Shown here: piece by piece, positions 57,305 through 64,000 of the stretch
Position numbering within the stretch: the first letter of the stretch is position 1
Layout of the letters: each line of letters opens with the position of its first letter
Assembly (NCBI GenBank): GCA_963797965.1
Contig: CAWCRK010000002.1
Span: 306,034-370,033, forward strand
Direction: 5' to 3'
DNA length: 64,000 nucleotides
Source of the DNA: an uncultured Alphaproteobacteria bacterium
Lineage (GTDB): Bacteria; Pseudomonadota; Alphaproteobacteria; Sphingomonadales; Sphingomonadaceae
Translations under genes and position numbers: made by a program
The notes under the pieces: generated by a model
Database searches by the model: none
The model's input: the letters and a program-made list of their open reading frames with translations, nothing else
Told to the model about the DNA's origin: nothing

Positions 57305-59645
57305 GGCAGCGTGATCGTGGCCGTGGTCCCGGCGTTCTTGCGCGTCTGGAACTCCAGCGTCCCGCCATGCGCTTCGACCAGTTGCCGCGCGAGCGGGATG
57401 CCGAGGCCCTGCCGACGCTCGATGCCCTTGCCGTCGGGGCTCATGCGGATGCCTTCCAGCGCACGCGCCAGTTCGTGCTGGCTCATGCCAGTGCCATTAT
57501 CGGAAATTGCGATGCGGTTCAGTCCGCGCCGCTTGGCAATGTCGATCAGGATGCGTCCGCCGCGCGGCGTATTGGCGACGGCATTGTCGAGCAGTTGCCC
57601 GATGGCGCGCTGGAGTTGCTGGCGGTCGGCCTCCACCGTCTTGCTGGCATTGCCCCTCAGGTCGAGCGTCAGTCCTGCACCGAGGATCGCGTCTTCCCGC
57701 TTGCGTACGACCTGCTCGATGAAGGGCAGCAGCTCGATCTTCGTTTTGCGCAGCGGCATCAGTCCGGCCTCGGACTGCGACAGGTCGAGCACGTTCTCCA
57801 TCTGCTCGGTCAGCTTGCCGACCGAGGTCGTGATCGCGTGCACATATTCCTGCGCCTGCTCGGACAATTCGCCTGCCACGCCTTGCCCCAGCAGTTCGGC
57901 AAACCCGCCGATCGAGGTCAGCGGGCGTGCGGAATTCGTAGGACATATTGGCAAGGAAGCGCGTCATGACTGCGTCGGCTTCTTCCAGCGCGCGATTGCG
58001 TTCGCGCAGCGCCTGCTCGGCCTGCTGGGAGGCCGTGACATCGAGCACGGTGAGCAGTCCATTGCCATCGGGCAAGCGGCACACCCGCATAGGTCAGCGT
58101 GCGCCCGTCGGCGAGTTCGATCCGCCCGTCGCGCGGCTTGCGGTCGAGGGTGGCGGCACGGATGGTCTGACCGATTTCGCTCACCTGTTTCGGATCGGTC
58201 AACTGCTTGGCAATCGCTTCAAGCAATTGTTCGGCCTGCGGATGGTTGTCCAGCACCTCGCTGTCGAGGCCCCAGGCGATGGGGAAACCGCGGTTCCACA
58301 ATTCTAGATGTCCGTCCGGCGCGAACACCGCGAGCGCTTCGAACAGGCTGTCGAAAGTGGCCGTGCGCGTGCGCAGCATGGTGTCGCGCGTGGCGGACAT
58401 CTGCAGCTGCTCGGTCCGGTCTTCGGCAATCATGACCAGTCCGCCATCGGGCAGCGGCTGTGCGACGATGCGCAGATGCTGGCTTTCGGGCAGCGGCCAG
58501 GCGAACTCCTCGGGCTCATCCATTGTGAACCAGCCGCACACTTCCTTGCGCCAGCTGGGAAAATCGCGGACTTCCGGAATCCGTCCGTTTTCGCTCGCAA
58601 TCATCAGCATCTGTTCGAACGGCAGACGTTCCGAGACTACGCCCGGCGGCAGCGAGAATACGCGGTGAAACGGCTGATTGGCAAAGGTCATCCGCTGGGA
58701 CGCGTCGAACTGCGCTACGCCGATGGACAGTTGGTCGAGCATGGAGCGCTGCGCTTCGCGGAATGCGCGAAATTCGCGCGCCTGCTCTTCCATCTCCTCG
58801 ATATCGACAGCGTATCCCGCGATGCCCTCGCCAGCCAGCGGCAGGTCGGTAACGCGAAGGGTTCGGCGGGCGTTATCGATTGTCGCGGACAGGATGCGTT
58901 CGATCGGCTGGCGACGGTCGGCGGCTTGCTGAGCGACTTGAGCAGCGCTGCGTCCGCCTACCTGTTCGACCAGTTCGATCTGATCGGCGACGACGTGGTC
59001 TGCGCTCGGCGCGCCCACCGCTTCGACATAGGCCTTGTTGACCAGCCGCAGCTGCATGTCCGCGCCGCGGAACCACATCGGCATGGGTGCGGCTTCGATC
59101 AGGCCGACCAGCGCGCCGAAATCGTCCTTGGCGCGCGCGGCATCCTCGCCCAGCCGGGCCAGTTCGTCTTCGGTTTCGGTAAAGTCGAACACCCAGATCA
59201 GCGCCGCCCCGCTGGGCGAGACGCCAGGGTCGGCCAAGGCGCCGCGCATGGCAAGCGACTTGCGCGAGCCGGGCGGACGTAGCGACAGCTTGAATGGCTT
59301 GGCGCTCTTCTGCGTACGGCGGACCAGCGCGGACAGTTCGTCCACCTGATCTTCGGACAGGCCGGTGTCCTCTCCCCCGGCCAATTCGGAAAGGTATTCG
59401 GGCACCTTGTCCAGCCCGATCCAGCGGGCGAAGCGGTCGGGCGCCTCGATCCGGCCATCGGCGCGGACCAGCAGCGGGATGGCCGGCCCGTCCTCTATCA
59501 TGCGCGACAGGCGGCGGGCGGCCTTGCGGTGAGCCTTGGCGCCTTCGGTCTCGCGCCCGGCCTTCACCATCAGGAACATCGCGCCCAGCGTCCACAGCGC
59601 AAGCAGCACCATGATGACGGCAGCAAATGCGGGTGAGATTTCCAT
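57301..59645 (-). CDS. divL: PAS-domain pseudo-histidine kinase, DivL-like (frameshifts)
   Basis: H-box carries Tyr (ANMSYEFRT) as in DivL; PAS repeats; HATPase domain; ahcY-divL-tsaE synteny. Confidence 0.8.
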
Positions 59646-59741
59646 CACCTGCCAGCTATTGCGCCAGCAGGTCTGATGCAACCTGAATACTTGGAGATGC
59701 ACGGCGACGCGCCCGTCCGGCGCGCCGCCTGCACAGCTTGC

Positions 59742-61153
<1,412 letters not shown>

Positions 61154-61293
61154 GTGCGGTCCTTCGAAATCTTCAAATAAAATGTGCCGCGCCAACAAGT
61201 AAGGGGCGGCACCAGTGATGGCGCCGCCCCTAGCCTTTCATCGATAGGAGAGCAAGCTAGCCCCTTCGCTCTCCCATACGACCCCGAAAGGCC

Positions 61294-61752
61294 TTACCGT
61301 CGTGCCCAGCGACCCCCGCTGCGCGGCGCCGGCCCCAGCAGTTCGTCTGCGGCCTGGACCAGCACGGCTGGATCCTTGGTGTTCGACAGATCCTGAGTGA
61401 TTTCCTTCAGCTGCGCACAACCCAGCCACGGATGTCCCTGTCCGTACTGGTTGGCCATGCCGACACTGATGCGATCGAGCGCGCGCTTGGCGCCCTTCTT
61501 GCCATGGCGTGCGACCAGGCCGCTTTCGAGGCGACGAGCAGCCGAATTCAGCGCGCCGATGTGCGTGGCCGAAAACTTGCGATAGTGCGGCTGGAAGTCG
61601 TCCTGCCCCATGCGACAACGCAGCGACGTCACCATCAGCATGATGTCGAGCTTGCGAACCTGTTCGTCCTGGCTGGCAGCGCTGGCCTGTGTCGGCATCG
61701 CTGCGATGGCGGCGATGGTTGCGGCGGCAACAATAGCTTTCTTGATATGCAT
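61294..61752 (-). CDS. Hypothetical exported protein
   Basis: Signal peptide ending ASAA; LDIMLMVTSLRC..MANQYG. Confidence 0.75.
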   Translation of the reverse strand: MHIKKAIVAAATIAAIAAMPTQASAASQDEQVRKLDIMLMVTSLRCRMGQDDFQPHYRKFSATHIGALNSAARRLESGLVARHGKKGAKRALDRISVGMANQYGQGHPWLGCAQLKEITQDLSNTKDPAVLVQAADELLGPAPRSGGRWARR

Positions 61753-61933
61753 GTCCTGGTCTCCCGTTGGATCGGAGCGAGCGTCCCGTGCTCACTACGA
61801 AGAACATGCGTGCAAAATTTTACCGAGAGTTAAACCCGCGGAGTAAATGCGCTTTAACCATCCATCACCTTGCAAGAACGGCCTATCGTTCTAAGTCGGG
61901 AGTGTGGACGGGAAGACACAGGAGTTTTAACAA

Positions 61934-62413
61934 ATGACAATCGCTGTGGGCGACCGCTTGCCCGACGTAAAACTGGTCAAGGCGACCGCCGACGGCCCCG
62001 AGGCTGTCCAGTCGGGCGACTATTTCGCCGGCAAGACCGTGGCGCTGTTCGCCGTACCGGGAGCCTTCACCCCGACCTGCTCCGCCCGCCATCTGCCCGG
62101 CTATGTCGAGAAGGCTGGCGATCTGAAGGCCAAGGGCGTCGACGAGATTGTCGCGACTTCGGTCAACGACGCCTTCGTGCTGGGTGCATGGAACCAGTCC
62201 GGCGGCAGCGAAGACATCACCATGCTGGCGGACGGCAACGGCGAATTTGCCGAAGCCGTGGGCCTTGGCGCGGACTTTGCCGATTTCGGCATGGGCAAGC
62301 GCAGCCAGCGCTATTCGATGCTGGTCGAAGACGGCGTTGTGAAGCAGCTGAACGTCGAACAGCCGGGCGACTTCTCGGTCTCAAGCGCGGAGCACATGCT
62401 CGGGCAGATGTAG
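61934..62413 (+). CDS. Peroxiredoxin, Prx5/redoxin type
   Basis: FAVPGAFTPTCS..HLPG, SVNDAFV, RSQRYSM. Confidence 0.95.
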   Translation: MTIAVGDRLPDVKLVKATADGPEAVQSGDYFAGKTVALFAVPGAFTPTCSARHLPGYVEKAGDLKAKGVDEIVATSVNDAFVLGAWNQSGGSEDITMLADGNGEFAEAVGLGADFADFGMGKRSQRYSMLVEDGVVKQLNVEQPGDFSVSSAEHMLGQM

Positions 62414-62444
62414 AGAACTTCGTTAAACGCTCCGGCGTAATGCA

Positions 62445-62480
62445 CGGCCTCATCTGGCATATCAGCCAGATGGGGCTTTT
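62445..62480 (+). terminator. Intrinsic terminator after peroxiredoxin
   Basis: GCCTCATCTGGC-atatca-GCCAGATGGGGC then TTTT. Confidence 0.75.
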
Positions 62481-62538
62481 ATGTACGGTCGAGAGGCCGA
62501 AAGTCGCATCGATGCGGAAATCGTGTTAAACGTCCGCC

Positions 62539-63249
62539 ATGCAGCGCTATGCGAAGATCATCGACGATCTGGAGAGCATGACGGATGTGCTCGAACTGGT
62601 GCGCGACGCCTGTCTCGAACAGGGAGCGAAGCGCATGAGCTATCATTTTTCGCCGATCTTCGACGAGCCGGTGTCGCTGCGTACGGTGATCTATTCCCAC
62701 GGATACGAGCCGGAATGGCTTAAGGAGTACGAGCGCGCCGAGTTCAGGATGCACGATCCTATCCCGGAGCGGACCTTTCGCCACGGAGAGGCGATCACAT
62801 GGGTGGATGCCATGGGCGCAGCCCCCAATACCCCGGAGAACGAAGCGTATTTCGATGCCATGCGCGCGGCCGGTCTCATCCATGGCTTCGGCATGCCTCT
62901 TTATGGGGCCAGAGGCCGCGAAGCCTATGCCTCATTCGATTTCGGACGACGGGTCGCCGAGGTCGATCCGGAGAAGGTCGGCTTCGTTCGTGGCCTGGCT
63001 CAGTTCGCCCACGTACGGATTTGCAATCTCGTGGATCGCGAGATCGACTTCGAACAGCTCTCCTTGCGCGAGACCGAAGTGTTGACCTGGATGGCCAAAG
63101 GCAAGACGGCGCAGGATATCGGAAAAATCCTGTCACTCTCGCCGGAGACAATCCGCACTTATATCAAGCGGCTGTACGAGAAGATGGGGACGCATGACCG
63201 CATCGGCGCCGTCGTGCGCGGTCTCAAGCTCGGCTTGATCCGAATCTAG
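62539..63249 (+). CDS. LuxR-family regulator with autoinducer-binding domain (LuxR solo)
   Basis: W-x3-Y, DP, W and G of the AHL-binding domain; C-terminal HTH LSLRETEVL..KG. Confidence 0.9.
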   Translation: MQRYAKIIDDLESMTDVLELVRDACLEQGAKRMSYHFSPIFDEPVSLRTVIYSHGYEPEWLKEYERAEFRMHDPIPERTFRHGEAITWVDAMGAAPNTPENEAYFDAMRAAGLIHGFGMPLYGARGREAYASFDFGRRVAEVDPEKVGFVRGLAQFAHVRICNLVDREIDFEQLSLRETEVLTWMAKGKTAQDIGKILSLSPETIRTYIKRLYEKMGTHDRIGAVVRGLKLGLIRI

Positions 63250-63253
63250 CTTT

Positions 63254-63865
63254 TTAGCCGTAGCCCATCAGGCTCAGCACTTCCTTACGGCTGCGCTGGT
63301 CTTCGAGGAAAGTGCCCATCATGCGGCTGGTGACCATGCCGACGCCCGGCGTACGTACGCCGCGGGCGGTCATGCAGGCGTGCTGCGCGTCGATGACGAC
63401 GGCGACACCTTCCGGTTTGAGATTGTCCCAGATGCAGTCGGCGACCTCTGCGGTCAGTCGCTCCTGCACCTGCAGGCGGCGGGCGAAACCGTGCAGCACG
63501 CGCGCCAGCTTCGAAATTCCGACGACGCGATCTTTCGGCAGATAGGCAATCGCCGCCTTGCCGATGATCGGCGCCATGTGGTGCTCGCAATGCGACTGGA
63601 ACGGAATGTCCTTGAGCAGCACGATCTCGTTGTAACCGCCGACTTCCTCGAACACGCGGCTGAGGTGAAGGGCGGGGTCTTCCGCATAGCCGAGGCAATA
63701 CTCCTTCCACGCCCGCGCCACCCGGGCGGGCGTATCGAGCAGGCCCTCGCGCGTCGGATCATCGCCCGTCCATTCGATCAGCGTGCGAATGGCATCCTGC
63801 ACGTGATCGGGCACCGGCGGCTTGCCGATGGGGTTGTCTTCGTCGGGACCGACCAGGCTGCTCAC
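63254..63865 (-). CDS. folE: GTP cyclohydrolase I
   Basis: REGLLDTPARV, SHCEHH, GISKLAR, RRLQVQERL, HACM..RG. Confidence 0.97.
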   Translation of the reverse strand: MSSLVGPDEDNPIGKPPVPDHVQDAIRTLIEWTGDDPTREGLLDTPARVARAWKEYCLGYAEDPALHLSRVFEEVGGYNEIVLLKDIPFQSHCEHHMAPIIGKAAIAYLPKDRVVGISKLARVLHGFARRLQVQERLTAEVADCIWDNLKPEGVAVVIDAQHACMTARGVRTPGVGMVTSRMMGTFLEDQRSRKEVLSLMGYG

Positions 63866-64000
63866 TGCTTTTCCTTCCTGCGTATCTTGTTGCGCATGCG
63901 TGCAAGACGTGTGCCTTTGCGAAATAAGCCGCCGTTTGCAAATGGCTCGAACATATCGTCCGGATCCTCGGGGTCCAGGATACCGCTTTCCGCGATCTCT
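63862..64000 (-). CDS. 3' end of an upstream gene (partial), possibly phospholipase D family
   Basis: Open frame ..EIAESGILDPEDPDDMFEPF..RRKEKQ* whose stop overlaps the folE start; family is a weak guess. Confidence 0.5.
   Translation of the reverse strand, partial: EIAESGILDPEDPDDMFEPFANGGLFRKGTRLARMRNKIRRKEKQ

Noticed and set aside
57301-59645. Histidine kinase with Tyr in place of the phospho-His
   Set aside because: Established property of DivL.
61154-61290. SAH or SAM riboswitch upstream of ahcY
   Set aside because: Only a GC hairpin overlapping the predicted promoter; conserved riboswitch core motifs not seen.
62414-62538. lux box upstream of the LuxR solo
   Set aside because: The obvious inverted repeat is the peroxiredoxin terminator; no 20-bp CT-N-AG lux-box palindrome recognised.

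Overview
High-GC alphaproteobacterial chromosome segment; gene content and order fit Sphingomonadales, probably Erythrobacteraceae (inference). It is mostly core genome: a cobalamin-riboswitch-controlled B12 uptake locus (btuB plus ABC transporter), the mdh-sucD-sucA-sucB-lpdA TCA cluster, the str/S10/spc/alpha ribosomal superoperon (rpsL to rplQ, minus strand), a tadG-tadE-tadE pseudopilin cluster, the conserved ahcY-divL-tsaE-amgK-murU-addB-addA-trxA block, a peroxiredoxin, a LuxR solo and folE. More than 25 genes, many essential, carry small indels. This indicates an unpolished long-read assembly rather than true pseudogenes. The most interesting part is the accessory zone upstream of rpsL (about 40.1-43.8 kb). 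It holds a 115-bp duplicated promoter/structured-RNA element bracketing an atypical cold-shock-domain cassette, a low-GC, tightly coupled three-gene operon that looks like a chaperone/antitoxin/ADP-ribosyltransferase-like toxin (TAC-like, candidate anti-phage) system, and an orphan terminase-small-subunit-like gene. Several candidate cis-regulatory RNAs occur in ribosomal-protein leaders, including a possible pseudoknot between rpsJ and rplC. No rRNA, tRNA, CRISPR array, transposase or integrase was recognised. All family assignments come from motif recognition by eye, with no database searches.
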